A stretch of DNA of 64,000 nt from Elusimicrobiota bacterium (GTDB lineage: Bacteria; Elusimicrobiota; Elusimicrobia; F11): NCBI GenBank assembly GCA_046153645.1, contig JBJXGI010000053.1:15512-79511 (forward strand), in the 5' to 3' direction. The position numbers were made by a program, and so were the translations under genes. Every line of letters begins with the position of its first letter. The stretch's first letter is position 1. Below the pieces are notes generated by a model, which had not been told where the DNA came from, did no database searches, and saw nothing but the letters and a program-made list of their open reading frames with translations. This document shows positions 52,764 to 62,223 of this stretch, piece by piece.

Positions 52764-53372
52764 TCATTGCGCGGGTTTTATGCTAACAACATTTGAAATG
52801 GGATATTCAAAGGGGCCAAGGCCCGGCAACTCAACTTTATAAGAAGTAGCTGTTTTTTCTAATAATATTCCAGGAACAACCCGTCCGCCTTTTAATTCAA
52901 GATTGACCATTGTCCCAAGATAAGGAGATACCGCCTCTTGCCGCTTTCTTTTTGATTTTGTCACCGGTTTAGAAGCGGGCGCATTAACAAAAACTGAGGA
53001 GTCAGACTGTGCCACCACTTTTTTGCGTTTTCTTTTGCGTTTTACTTTAGCTGACACAGAAGTAACCAAAGGAGCTTCTTCAACTTTAACTTCTTGAACT
53101 GTAGAAGAAGCAATGACAACTTCAGTTTCAACTGCTGGGTCCGCAATTACCAATGGGAGAACTACGTCTTTTTCCTCAACAATCGTATTAAGGGAAGTCA
53201 AAGGAACCACAGCAGAATCTGATGACTTAAAAAAACCCATCCAATCAGACACACTTTGCCGCAAATCAGAAAAAAAAGATTTTTTCTCCCCAGAGCCCCC
53301 TCTTAAAGGACCCAAGGCGAGACCAGCGCCAACCACTCCTACCAATAATAAATGACCAATCGTTATTCTCAT
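52764..53372 (-). CDS. secreted/anchored protein with a Lys/Arg-rich tract; function unknown
   Basis: 202 aa with an N-terminal hydrophobic segment and KVKRKRKRKKV. Confidence 0.45.
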   Translation of the reverse strand: MRITIGHLLLVGVVGAGLALGPLRGGSGEKKSFFSDLRQSVSDWMGFFKSSDSAVVPLTSLNTIVEEKDVVLPLVIADPAVETEVVIASSTVQEVKVEEAPLVTSVSAKVKRKRKRKKVVAQSDSSVFVNAPASKPVTKSKRKRQEAVSPYLGTMVNLELKGGRVVPGILLEKTATSYKVELPGLGPFEYPISNVVSIKPAQ

Positions 53373-53429
53373 ATTAAACTCACGTTAGAACAACTTGCGT
53401 CAAACACACTCAAAAATCAAGTCGATTTT

Positions 53430-55130
53430 TTAATTTTCATTAAATTCAGAGGCGGGAGCGCCATAGGCACTCAGTTGTGGAGATAGTCTTGAAAATAAAT
53501 TAATTTTTCCGGATAGAACTTCTTCAACCGCTGAAATAACATGAACAGATTCTAACTGCGCCTGAAGAGCCTTTAAAGCAATGGGCAAATGCTCCAGTTG
53601 TTTCATATCGTGAATCAACAATTCTTGGTGAGGGGGCACATAAAATTGAAACATTCTTGACTTATAAAAACGATACAAAAGAGACAAATCCCCCATCGGC
53701 ATATCAACTCCGATATAAGATTTTAAAACGCCATCTACATTTTTTTGCCTTGGGACAAAAACGATACGCCCTCCATATTCACGTAGCACTCTTCTCGTTG
53801 CAGGCATTACACACCATTGACGCATTGCATTGTAGGCGGGATGCTGCCCTTTATTTTCTTCAAGATATTTCCCAATCGCGGGCTCAACCGCGCGAGAAAG
53901 AGCTGGGAATGAGTTCTCGTGCGTCTCTGTTAATATATGAATATCGGGATTTCCGAAGGTAAGGCCTGTACCACCTTTTTGTTTTTCAGGATTGGCCACT
54001 GTCTCAATGACATCAACATATCCCTTCTCAAAAGTATCAAGCGCATAAGCCAATGATTTGGGATTAATAATTTCGACCGTATGACGGTCCATATCGTTGA
54101 TCCGTATAATATTCAAAAAAGACGCGCCTCGAGACTCCAGGTAAAAAAAGGCATCCAGCTCCATGGGTTTAATAGGGCGACCCGATTCGGTATACGTCGT
54201 AAAACCACCCGTCCGAGCCGCTTGAATAAGCGCGTATAAGTGCCCCACCGCATCTTCCGACCAATTGTCTTCAATTGTTGAGACAACGCCTTCAGATGAA
54301 ACGTTTAACCCGCGAGGCAATTCCTGTTCAATGGTAACAAGGTTCTGTGGATTAAAACCATAAAACTGAAATGTTTCCCTAAGAGACTTGTCATGCAAAA
54401 GACTTACGTCATTTCTTCGGCTTACAAAAAATAAAATTTTTTGGTTTTTAATGGCTTTTTTATAAAGAGCCACGGCACTTTTTTTTGACACCCTGCCAGA
54501 TTCAACCTCATCTGTCACAATCCGACGAAGAGCAGCTCGAATTAATATAGGTTGCATCGGACCAAAAGAAGAATTCAAAATAAAATCGACCGCTTCACTC
54601 TTTTGTTGAGCAGCTGTTTCTCTCACTTTTTTTAATTGCAAGGTTGTTTCTTTGATAATTTGACTGGCGGTATCATCTTTCGAAGAAAGTGTTTGAGACA
54701 AAAACTGTTCTACAAAAGGAATTAATTTTAAAGAATAAAATGGTCCTTGCCTGAATCGAGACGCTTCTCCTGCTTGAAATAAAACATGAACTACTTTTCC
54801 CTCTAAAATCGCTCGATTGGCTTCTTCGGTGGCAGGTTTTGATAAATCAACACGGTCTGCTTTGACTATTCCAACCAATCCCTCCAAGGGAGCATCAGAA
54901 TCAAACAAAGGATTAGAACCATGCGAACGAATGAAAACTTCAAGCTCTGTCTTTTTGCCTCTCTCCAACAAACGACCTAAGGTTTTCAATTCATGTTCAG
55001 ATAAACCAGACTCAAGCTCAGAAAGTGCCGCTTGTTCAAAATTTTCTTTTGACAAAAAAGCTTCAATTCCCATTCTTTTTGATCTAAAACCCTGCCATCT
55101 TTTTAATGGTATCGGACAATCCCAATTCAT
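53430..55130 (-). CDS. divergent UDPGP-family (UAP/UGP-like) nucleotidyltransferase-like protein
   Basis: 566 aa. GKVVHVLFQAGEASRFRQGP sits in the position of the LAGGQGTRLG loop. Also present are DAVGHLYAL, FLNIIRINDMD and NPEKQKGGTGLTFG. Confidence 0.45.
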   Translation of the reverse strand: MNWDCPIPLKRWQGFRSKRMGIEAFLSKENFEQAALSELESGLSEHELKTLGRLLERGKKTELEVFIRSHGSNPLFDSDAPLEGLVGIVKADRVDLSKPATEEANRAILEGKVVHVLFQAGEASRFRQGPFYSLKLIPFVEQFLSQTLSSKDDTASQIIKETTLQLKKVRETAAQQKSEAVDFILNSSFGPMQPILIRAALRRIVTDEVESGRVSKKSAVALYKKAIKNQKILFFVSRRNDVSLLHDKSLRETFQFYGFNPQNLVTIEQELPRGLNVSSEGVVSTIEDNWSEDAVGHLYALIQAARTGGFTTYTESGRPIKPMELDAFFYLESRGASFLNIIRINDMDRHTVEIINPKSLAYALDTFEKGYVDVIETVANPEKQKGGTGLTFGNPDIHILTETHENSFPALSRAVEPAIGKYLEENKGQHPAYNAMRQWCVMPATRRVLREYGGRIVFVPRQKNVDGVLKSYIGVDMPMGDLSLLYRFYKSRMFQFYVPPHQELLIHDMKQLEHLPIALKALQAQLESVHVISAVEEVLSGKINLFSRLSPQLSAYGAPASEFNEN

Positions 55131-55166
55131 TGAAATTCCTTATTTATTATTCGCATAAAAATCATA

Positions 55167-55637
55167 CTAAGAGGAAAGAGATTTATTGCCTAGTTCAACC
55201 GATTGAAACATTTTCACAACAGAATCAAGAACTCGCTTTAGCGAAAAAAGGATTTCCCTCTCTGCCAAAGCCAATACCGGCTGAGTTAATACAGGTTGAG
55301 ATTTTAGAGATTGGTCAATAAGATTTAAACAATTGATTTCAATATCATGAAACTGGCGACTTATATGCGCGTCCACATGATTTTCATTTTCGTCAAAGAG
55401 TAAAAACATTTGCTCAAAATAAACAAATGACTGATAAATCACTTTATTCGGGGTTGCAAGAAAGAGGCGGCTTTCTTTCAAAAAAGACCTCAATTCTTGG
55501 ACAAACAAACAATCCGCTGAAGATCTCAATAAATCCTGAAAAGAAGAATAAGCTTCGTCGTTTTCTTCAACCAAGGATTTTTTATAAGCAGAACATAAGA
55601 GAGCTAATTTTTGATATTTTTTCTTTCTAAAAAACAT
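55167..55637 (-). CDS. hypothetical cytoplasmic protein
   Basis: The track ORF extends to 55787 and overlaps the upstream gene by 146 nt. ATG at 55637 (MFFRKKKYQ) lies 4 nt after that gene's stop and is the more plausible start. Confidence 0.45.
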   Translation of the reverse strand: MFFRKKKYQKLALLCSAYKKSLVEENDEAYSSFQDLLRSSADCLFVQELRSFLKESRLFLATPNKVIYQSFVYFEQMFLLFDENENHVDAHISRQFHDIEINCLNLIDQSLKSQPVLTQPVLALAEREILFSLKRVLDSVVKMFQSVELGNKSLSS

Positions 55638-55641
55638 CAAC

Positions 55642-56163
55642 TCAACAAGAAACCCTGTTTTTAAGGGAAGGAAAACGAAGGGAGGCCAACAAAAAACTCC
55701 CAAATAAAATAGAAGAAAAAACGAAATCGCCAACCATCGTATTTCTAAAAAACGGAATAGCCGCGACAAAACATTGAGCAAGACCACTTAATGTGAGTGG
55801 ATATAAACCGCCAGACATCCACACGCCGAAATTAGAAATGATAAAAAAAAGAACTGACGTTGCCATACTGGAAAAAACCCATCGAGAAAATATTAAAGAT
55901 TCTTTTAACCAAAAACCTACAAACACAATTGAAACATATGACAAATAGACAAATCCGATCCCAGGGTAAAAGCCTAAAAACAAATCACTGATAAAAACGG
56001 CCAATAAGGGAACAAGAAAAGCATGCTTTTTTTGTTCAAATTGAGCGCCCGCAAACAGAGCCATTGCACCAACGGGTGTAAAATTCCAGGGATGGGGAAT
56101 GAGTCTCGAAAGAGCAGCCAGGCCAATCATGCCAACAATGGTTAAAAATCGGAACTGAAACAT
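55642..56163 (-). CDS. polytopic small membrane protein; function unknown
   Basis: 173 aa, hydrophobic throughout (LTIVGMIGLAALSRLIPHPWNFTPVGAMALFAGA). Confidence 0.6.
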   Translation of the reverse strand: MFQFRFLTIVGMIGLAALSRLIPHPWNFTPVGAMALFAGAQFEQKKHAFLVPLLAVFISDLFLGFYPGIGFVYLSYVSIVFVGFWLKESLIFSRWVFSSMATSVLFFIISNFGVWMSGGLYPLTLSGLAQCFVAAIPFFRNTMVGDFVFSSILFGSFLLASLRFPSLKNRVSC

Positions 56164-56223
56164 AAGAAAACTCCTCGTTTAAAATATGGTTAAAGTAACA
56201 GAAAAATGATCACTTATTCTACT

Positions 56224-56733
56224 CTATTTAAGAAAGTCTTTGATCACACCCCACCTATTCTTTTTTTCTTCCAAAGACATCATGGCATTGGCCGGACTGC
56301 TTGAAGGAAGACAAAATACGGGAACAAAAATTTTACCTGCGTGCGCTTTTTGAAACACAGAAAACGCAAACTTTCCATTAATAAAAATGGCTCTAAGAGA
56401 TGGGTATTTATTTAACAAATCCGGCACTGGATTGGGCGCTACATTGCGAATCGAACTATCCAATGCTCCCGGCCTTTCACAGGACTCAATAACATCCCAA
56501 AGCGCAATATGATGTTTTTTAATAAGTGCCAATTTCAATTCATATGAATCTGGTTTTGGGAGATGAAAAAGAGCGGGAATAATGGACCAAAAATGATTTC
56601 CACTAAAACCATAATACTCTTGTTTCCGCAGGGCTTCTGGCCCAGGCATAGAACCCAAAATAAGAACTTGAGAGCTTTCATGAATGAAAGGTTTAAAACT
56701 ATGACAATAATCTTTACTTTTTTTTATTTTCAT
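56224..56733 (-). CDS. uracil-DNA-glycosylase superfamily, hypoxanthine/deoxyinosine DNA glycosylase-like
   Basis: 169 aa with VLILGSMPGPEALRKQEYYGFSGNHFWSII and CLPSSSPAN. Confidence 0.75.
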   Translation of the reverse strand: MKIKKSKDYCHSFKPFIHESSQVLILGSMPGPEALRKQEYYGFSGNHFWSIIPALFHLPKPDSYELKLALIKKHHIALWDVIESCERPGALDSSIRNVAPNPVPDLLNKYPSLRAIFINGKFAFSVFQKAHAGKIFVPVFCLPSSSPANAMMSLEEKKNRWGVIKDFLK

Positions 56734-56797
56734 AAAAATATAATGAACATTGAAATACTAATATAAGATATTCCATCTTTTACTTTAAGGAGTCTTT

Positions 56798-57313
56798 ATG
56801 AAACAAATATTCTTCATGAGTTTATTTAGTTTTTTTCTCTTTCAATCAGCCTTTGCTAAAACAGGAGTTGCCAATATGATCGGAACTTCTCCCGAATCAA
56901 AAGTTACTGGTTCCATAAAATTTGAAGAAACCAAACAAGGACTTAAAATCGAAGCTTTGATTCAAAATGTGCCTACTGGTGATAAAGGCTTCCATATTCA
57001 TGAGTTTGGAGATTGTGGCGATTTGGGTAAAAAAGCGGGCGGTCACTATAATCCTCAGAATCATGCACATGGGAATGCCATTAAAAATGGGGTTCATAAA
57101 GCACATGCCGGTGATTTGGGCAACATCACCATTAATAGTGATGGAACCGGAACACTGACAACCACCATCAAAAACCTCTCTCTCAGTGGAGGAAAGTTTT
57201 CGGTGGGAGGAAGAGCCGTTATTCTTCATGAAAAAACCGATGACTTTAGCCAACCCACCGGAAATGCGGGAGCGAGAATTGGCTGTGCTCCTATTATTAT
57301 TACTGGCAACTAG
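56798..57313 (+). CDS. sodC: periplasmic Cu/Zn superoxide dismutase
   Basis: 171 aa with a signal peptide, GFHIHEFGDCG, HAGDLGN and a C-terminal GARIGCAPI. Confidence 0.9.
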   Translation: MKQIFFMSLFSFFLFQSAFAKTGVANMIGTSPESKVTGSIKFEETKQGLKIEALIQNVPTGDKGFHIHEFGDCGDLGKKAGGHYNPQNHAHGNAIKNGVHKAHAGDLGNITINSDGTGTLTTTIKNLSLSGGKFSVGGRAVILHEKTDDFSQPTGNAGARIGCAPIIITGN

Positions 57314-58200
57314 TTTAAATGTCGGCTGAGGCAACCTTTTAAATCTGGAAAATCAAACTTAAAACCATTGGCTTCTAATTTAGCGGGTTTAATGCGGTTA
57401 CTGGCAAGAAAGAGGGCCTCTGCCATCTCGCCAAAAGCCAATTTGGCGGCAAAAGCTGGCATGGGGAATAATGTGGGTCGAGACAAAACATACCCCATTG
57501 CTTCTGTAAATTCTTTGTTTGTCACAGGCTGCGGTGCAACCACATTAACCGGCCCCTGAATAGCAGGGGTATTTATGGTATGAACGATGGCTTTGGCTGC
57601 ATCAGCAATATCAATCCAACTCCAGTATTGTTTCCCACTTCCAATAACCCCACCCAGTCCCAACTTAAATGGAAGTTTCATGTTCTTTAAAGCCCCATGC
57701 CCGGCCCCCAAAATAACCCCAAACCTCATATTGGCAACTCGAATATTTTTTTCTTTGAGTGGAGAGGTTGCATTTTCCCATTCTTGGCAGACGTCCGCCA
57801 AAAACCCTTCACCTTTAGATGATTCTTCAGTTAATACGTCTTCACCCCGATCACCATAAAATCCAATAGCAGAAGCACAAATGAAAAGAGTGGGCGGTTT
57901 TGGAAGCGCGAGAACGGCTGAGACCAGCTGCTGGGTATATTTAACTCGACTGTCTCGAATCTTTTTTTTGAAGTCGTCATTCCAGCGACTATTAACAATG
58001 TTTTCTCCAGAGAGGTGAACCACAGCATCAAATTGTTCAGCCGGAGGAACCATAAATTGCCCATAACGTGAATCCCATAAAACATCATTTCCAACGGATG
58101 CAGCTCGCATGAGTCGAATAGGCGTATGCCCATTTTTTCTTAATTCATTTAACACATGAGATCCAACAAATCCTGTTGAGCCACTGACCAATACTTTCAT
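57310..58200 (-). CDS. NAD-dependent epimerase/dehydratase, TIGR01777 (YfcH-like, DUF1731 C-terminus)
   Basis: 296 aa with MKVLVSGSTGFVGSH and a C-terminal KPAKLEANGFKFDFPDL. Confidence 0.8.
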   Translation of the reverse strand: MKVLVSGSTGFVGSHVLNELRKNGHTPIRLMRAASVGNDVLWDSRYGQFMVPPAEQFDAVVHLSGENIVNSRWNDDFKKKIRDSRVKYTQQLVSAVLALPKPPTLFICASAIGFYGDRGEDVLTEESSKGEGFLADVCQEWENATSPLKEKNIRVANMRFGVILGAGHGALKNMKLPFKLGLGGVIGSGKQYWSWIDIADAAKAIVHTINTPAIQGPVNVVAPQPVTNKEFTEAMGYVLSRPTLFPMPAFAAKLAFGEMAEALFLASNRIKPAKLEANGFKFDFPDLKGCLSRHLN

Positions 58201-58286
58201 GAGAAACCTCCAACAATATTTTGCTTAAAATAGCATAACCGCTGGTGCTACAGTAAGTCTTCCATAGAAATAATTTATTATTTTTA

Positions 58287-58313
58287 TTGGCACTCTCGCA
58301 TAAAGAGTGCTAA
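58287..58313 (+). promoter_or_regulatory. CIRCE (HrcA operator) inverted repeat upstream of clpB
   Basis: TTGGCACTC-tcgcataaa-GAGTGCTAA compared with the consensus TTAGCACTC-N9-GAGTGCTAA (one mismatch). It lies 38 nt upstream of the clpB ATG. TTGGCA-18 nt-TAACAT overlapping it could be the promoter. Confidence 0.85.
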
Positions 58314-58350
58314 CATTACAATCAATACACGTCACATAGGGAGGAAAAGC

Positions 58351-60936
58351 ATGTTACGGTTCGATAAATTAACCATGAAGGCACAAGAAGCAGTTGAACA
58401 GGCTATTCAGCTTGCTAAAAATAATTCTCAGCAACAAGTTGAGGTTGAACATTTATTATTGGGATTGTTGAAAGTCGAAGACAGCATTACAATTCCCCTT
58501 CTCCAAAAAATAGGCGTTAATACCACATCTTTAAAAACTGACCTTACCTCTATTATTGAGGCCAAACCCAAAGTACAAGGCGGAAATGCCCAGGAATATT
58601 TTTCAGGAAGACTAAATCAACTGTTCACAAAAGCTCAAAATGAAGCCCTTAATCTTAAAGACGAATTTATTAGTACAGAACATCTTTTATTGGCCGCTTT
58701 GGAAGATACAGATAATCAACTACTTAGTGTTTTTAGGAAAAATGCCGTTAAAAAAGATCAAATTCTTCTGGCGCTCAAAGAAATTAGAGGCGCTCAAAGA
58801 GTAACCGATCAAAACCCTGAAGACAAATATCAGGTTTTGGAAAAATACGGAAAAGATTTAACCGAACTGGCACGCGCGGGGAAACTAGATCCTGTTATTG
58901 GCCGCGATAACGAAATTCGTCGAGCCATTCAAGTTCTTTCTCGACGCACCAAAAATAACCCTGTTCTCATTGGAGATCCCGGAACCGGAAAAACAGCCAT
59001 CGCCGAAGGTTTGGCCAAAAGAATTTCAGATGGGGATGTTCCTTCCACTTTAAAAAATAAGAAAATTTTTTCATTGGATATTGGCTCTATGATTGCTGGG
59101 GCCAAGTACCGCGGCGAATTTGAGGATCGTTTAAAAGCCGTCTTAAAAGAAATTGAATCTCGTGGTGGAGAAATCATTCTCTTTATTGATGAACTTCATA
59201 CGATTGTGGGTGCTGGCGCCACGGAAGGGGCGATGGACGCCTCCAACATGCTCAAGCCCGCTTTGGCTCGTGGCCAACTGCGTTGCATTGGCGCTACCAC
59301 ACTTGATGAATACCGCAAGTACGTTGAAAAAGACAAAGCCTTAGAACGCCGGTTTCAACCTATTTTTATTGGGGAACCCACTTTAGAAGACACCATTGCA
59401 ATCTTGCGCGGGCTCAAAGAGCGTTACGAAATTTATCATGGTGTCAGAATCAAAGATTCGGCTTTAGTCGCCGCCGCAACTCTATCAGACCGATATATTT
59501 CTGATCGCTTTTTGCCTGATAAAGCCATCGACTTAATTGATGAAGCCACTTCCAAATTAAGAATCGAAATTGACAGCATGCCAACTGAACTCGATGAGTT
59601 AACACGAAAAATGACTCAGCTTGAAATTGAACGGCAAGCACTTCTAAAAGAACAAGATATTGCGTCTAAAGAAAGACTAAAAAAGTTAGAAGAAGAATTA
59701 GACAACCTAAAAGAATCTTCCAAAGAAATGAAACTAAGATGGAGTTCCGAAAAAGAAAGCATCGACCGAATTCGCAAAACCAAAGAGGCCATTGAAAAAG
59801 CCAAACTTGACAGCTCCCGCTACGAAAAAGAGGGTCAGCTCGATAAAGTAGCTGAAATTCGTTACGGCACTCTCAGAGAACTTGAAGCCACATTATCCAA
59901 AGAAGAAAAGAAAATATCTGAACTTCAAAAAAAGCAAAAAATGCTTAAAGAAGAAGTGGATGAAGAAGATATTGCCGAAGTAGTTTCCAAATGGACGGGG
60001 ATTCCTTTATCTAAACTCATGGAAGGCGAAGTTGAAAAATTAATCAAGATGGAAGAGTGTCTTAACGAAAAAATCATCGGCCAAGACGAAGCGGTAGCCA
60101 TGATTTCAAATGCGGTCCGGCGTTCTCGCTCAGGCCTTTCTGATCCCAACCGCCCGATTGGTTCATTTATTTTCATGGGACCCACCGGTGTTGGCAAAAC
60201 ACATTTGGCCAAAACATTGGCGTGGTTTTTATTTGATGATGAAAACGCCATGATCCGCATAGACATGTCGGAATACATGGAAAAGCATTCAGTTAGTCGA
60301 TTAATCGGAGCGCCTCCTGGATACGTGGGTTATGAAGAAGGCGGGCAACTGACCGAAAAAGTGCGAAGACGTCCTTACGCCGTTATTTTATTTGATGAAA
60401 TTGAAAAAGCACATGGCGATGTATTTAACATCCTTCTTCAAATCCTTGAAGATGGCAGGCTTACCGACGGACAAGGACGAATTGTTAATTTCAAAAATAC
60501 AGTCATTATTTTAACGTCAAATATTGGAAGTGCTCACTTTACGACTATAAAGTCTAAAGAAGAATTGCGCGCGCTTGTTTTTGGAGATCTCAAAAGGAAC
60601 TTTAGACCTGAACTCATTAATAGAATTGACGAAATTATTATCTTCAATAAATTAACTCAAGAAAACATCGTTAAAATTGTTGATATTCAATTAGAAGATT
60701 TGAAGAGAAAATTAGAGAAAAGACATATCGAACTTCACGTTGATAAAGCAGCCAAAGAAAAAATTGCAACCCTGGGATATGATGCCGATTTTGGGGCCCG
60801 GCCTTTAAGAAGATACATTCAAAAAGAAATTCAAGATACTTTGGCGCTTAAGCTATTGAAAGGTGAATACAAAGACGGGGATAAAATCAATATTGAAATA
60901 ACGAAATCAGGATCTTTTAGTTTTAATAAAAAATGA
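58351..60936 (+). CDS. clpB: ATP-dependent chaperone ClpB
   Basis: 861 aa with a Clp_N repeat, two AAA modules ([16 protein letters not shown]) and a long middle coiled coil. GGGAGGAAAAGC precedes the ATG. Confidence 0.95.
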   Translation: MLRFDKLTMKAQEAVEQAIQLAKNNSQQQVEVEHLLLGLLKVEDSITIPLLQKIGVNTTSLKTDLTSIIEAKPKVQGGNAQEYFSGRLNQLFTKAQNEALNLKDEFISTEHLLLAALEDTDNQLLSVFRKNAVKKDQILLALKEIRGAQRVTDQNPEDKYQVLEKYGKDLTELARAGKLDPVIGRDNEIRRAIQVLSRRTKNNPVLIGDPGTGKTAIAEGLAKRISDGDVPSTLKNKKIFSLDIGSMIAGAKYRGEFEDRLKAVLKEIESRGGEIILFIDELHTIVGAGATEGAMDASNMLKPALARGQLRCIGATTLDEYRKYVEKDKALERRFQPIFIGEPTLEDTIAILRGLKERYEIYHGVRIKDSALVAAATLSDRYISDRFLPDKAIDLIDEATSKLRIEIDSMPTELDELTRKMTQLEIERQALLKEQDIASKERLKKLEEELDNLKESSKEMKLRWSSEKESIDRIRKTKEAIEKAKLDSSRYEKEGQLDKVAEIRYGTLRELEATLSKEEKKISELQKKQKMLKEEVDEEDIAEVVSKWTGIPLSKLMEGEVEKLIKMEECLNEKIIGQDEAVAMISNAVRRSRSGLSDPNRPIGSFIFMGPTGVGKTHLAKTLAWFLFDDENAMIRIDMSEYMEKHSVSRLIGAPPGYVGYEEGGQLTEKVRRRPYAVILFDEIEKAHGDVFNILLQILEDGRLTDGQGRIVNFKNTVIILTSNIGSAHFTTIKSKEELRALVFGDLKRNFRPELINRIDEIIIFNKLTQENIVKIVDIQLEDLKRKLEKRHIELHVDKAAKEKIATLGYDADFGARPLRRYIQKEIQDTLALKLLKGEYKDGDKINIEITKSGSFSFNKK

Positions 60937-60999
60937 AATATAGCTACCAAAAAATGTTTTTAATACGAGTTAACGGACCCCTGAAAGCTTAACGCCCAT

Positions 61000-61048
61000 G
61001 CAAAACTTTATATAGAAAGTTTTGCTTCAACGCAAAACTTTCTATATA
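61000..61048 (+). promoter_or_regulatory. three-copy GCAAAACTTT motif forming a perfect 17-bp inverted repeat and an alternative 10-bp hairpin
   Basis: TATATAGAAAGTTTTGC-ttcaac-GCAAAACTTTCTATATA at 61009-61048. A further GCAAAACTTT at 61000-61009 can pair with 61016-61025 instead. TATACT (61045-61050) ends 6 nt before the ATG at 61057. Confidence 0.7.
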
Positions 61049-61056
61049 CTTATTAC

Positions 61057-62223
61057 ATGCTAAAAGACCGCTACTTAAGTGCTCCTATTGTTGAAGATCT
61101 TAAAAACAAGATGGTATTCATTGGCGGCCCCCGCCAAGTAGGAAAAACAACTCTCAGTGAAACTCTTATTGCCCATCATTACGCCAAAACCGTTTATTTG
61201 AACTGGGATCAACGCCAAGACCGACAAAAAATGATGGCTTCCGAATGGCCTGGGGATGCCAAGTTAATTATTTTAGATGAGGTTCATAAATATAAAAAAT
61301 GGAAACAGTTAATCAAAGGCGCCTACGATACTCACAAACATCACTTTTCTTTTATTGTCACTGGAAGCGCGCGACTTAACCTCTATCGAAAAGGCGGGGA
61401 TTCGCTTCAAGGACGATATCATTATTATGTCTTACATCCGTTCAGCTTAGCCGAACTATCCAACATTTACCAAAAACAAACCCCCTTTTCTGAACTCAAC
61501 TTTAGGTCACCACTCCCTGAATTAAAAACACTCAATCAATTCGGTGGATTCCCAGAACCTTTATTGAAGCAAAATGAACGCGATTTAAGGCGTTGGCATA
61601 ACGAACGGATAGATCGTCTTTTTAAAGAAGACATCCGTGACACCAGTAATATCAAAGATATTGAAACGATGAAATTGTTAGGGGATCTTCTCCCTGCTCG
61701 ATCAGGGTCACTTTTGTCTATCAACTCTCTAAGAGAAGATTTAGAAGTCAGTCACCGATCCGTTTCGAATTGGTTGAATATTTTGGAATCTTTTTATTAT
61801 GCCTTTCGAATTTACCCCTATACAAGAAGTGAAATTCGCTCTCTCAAGAAAGAATCTAAACTCTATTTATGGGACTGGTCAGAAATCTCAGAGGAAGGCC
61901 CTCGTTTTGAAAACCTTATTGCTTCTCATTTGTTGAAATTTTCTGACTATTTACATGATCGAGAAGGCTATAAAACAAAACTATACTTTTTAAGAGATCT
62001 CTCAAAACGAGAGGTTGATTTTATTCTTACTATTGATGGGAAACCTTGGTTTGCTGTCGAAGCAAAAACACAAGACAAAACCCCTTCCCCTCATCTTAAG
62101 TATTTCAAAAACCAATTTAAAATTCCTTTTAGTTACCAAGTCATTCAAAAAACAGGCACTGATGTTTTTAAAGATGACATTCGAGTCATATCCGCTGACA
62201 AATTTTTATCTGCTTTGGCTTAA
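61057..62223 (+). CDS. AAA ATPase of the COG1373 type (AAA_14 + DUF4143-like), paralog 2
   Basis: 388 aa with GGPRQVGKTT, LIILDEVH and SKREVDFILT. It is co-linear with the ORF at 29359-30585. Confidence 0.75.
   Translation: MLKDRYLSAPIVEDLKNKMVFIGGPRQVGKTTLSETLIAHHYAKTVYLNWDQRQDRQKMMASEWPGDAKLIILDEVHKYKKWKQLIKGAYDTHKHHFSFIVTGSARLNLYRKGGDSLQGRYHYYVLHPFSLAELSNIYQKQTPFSELNFRSPLPELKTLNQFGGFPEPLLKQNERDLRRWHNERIDRLFKEDIRDTSNIKDIETMKLLGDLLPARSGSLLSINSLREDLEVSHRSVSNWLNILESFYYAFRIYPYTRSEIRSLKKESKLYLWDWSEISEEGPRFENLIASHLLKFSDYLHDREGYKTKLYFLRDLSKREVDFILTIDGKPWFAVEAKTQDKTPSPHLKYFKNQFKIPFSYQVIQKTGTDVFKDDIRVISADKFLSALA

Noticed and set aside
55638-55787. N-terminal 50 codons of the 206-aa track ORF overlapping the preceding membrane-protein gene by 146 nt
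   Set aside because: A 146-nt same-strand overlap is implausible here. An ATG 4 nt after the upstream stop gives a non-overlapping gene.
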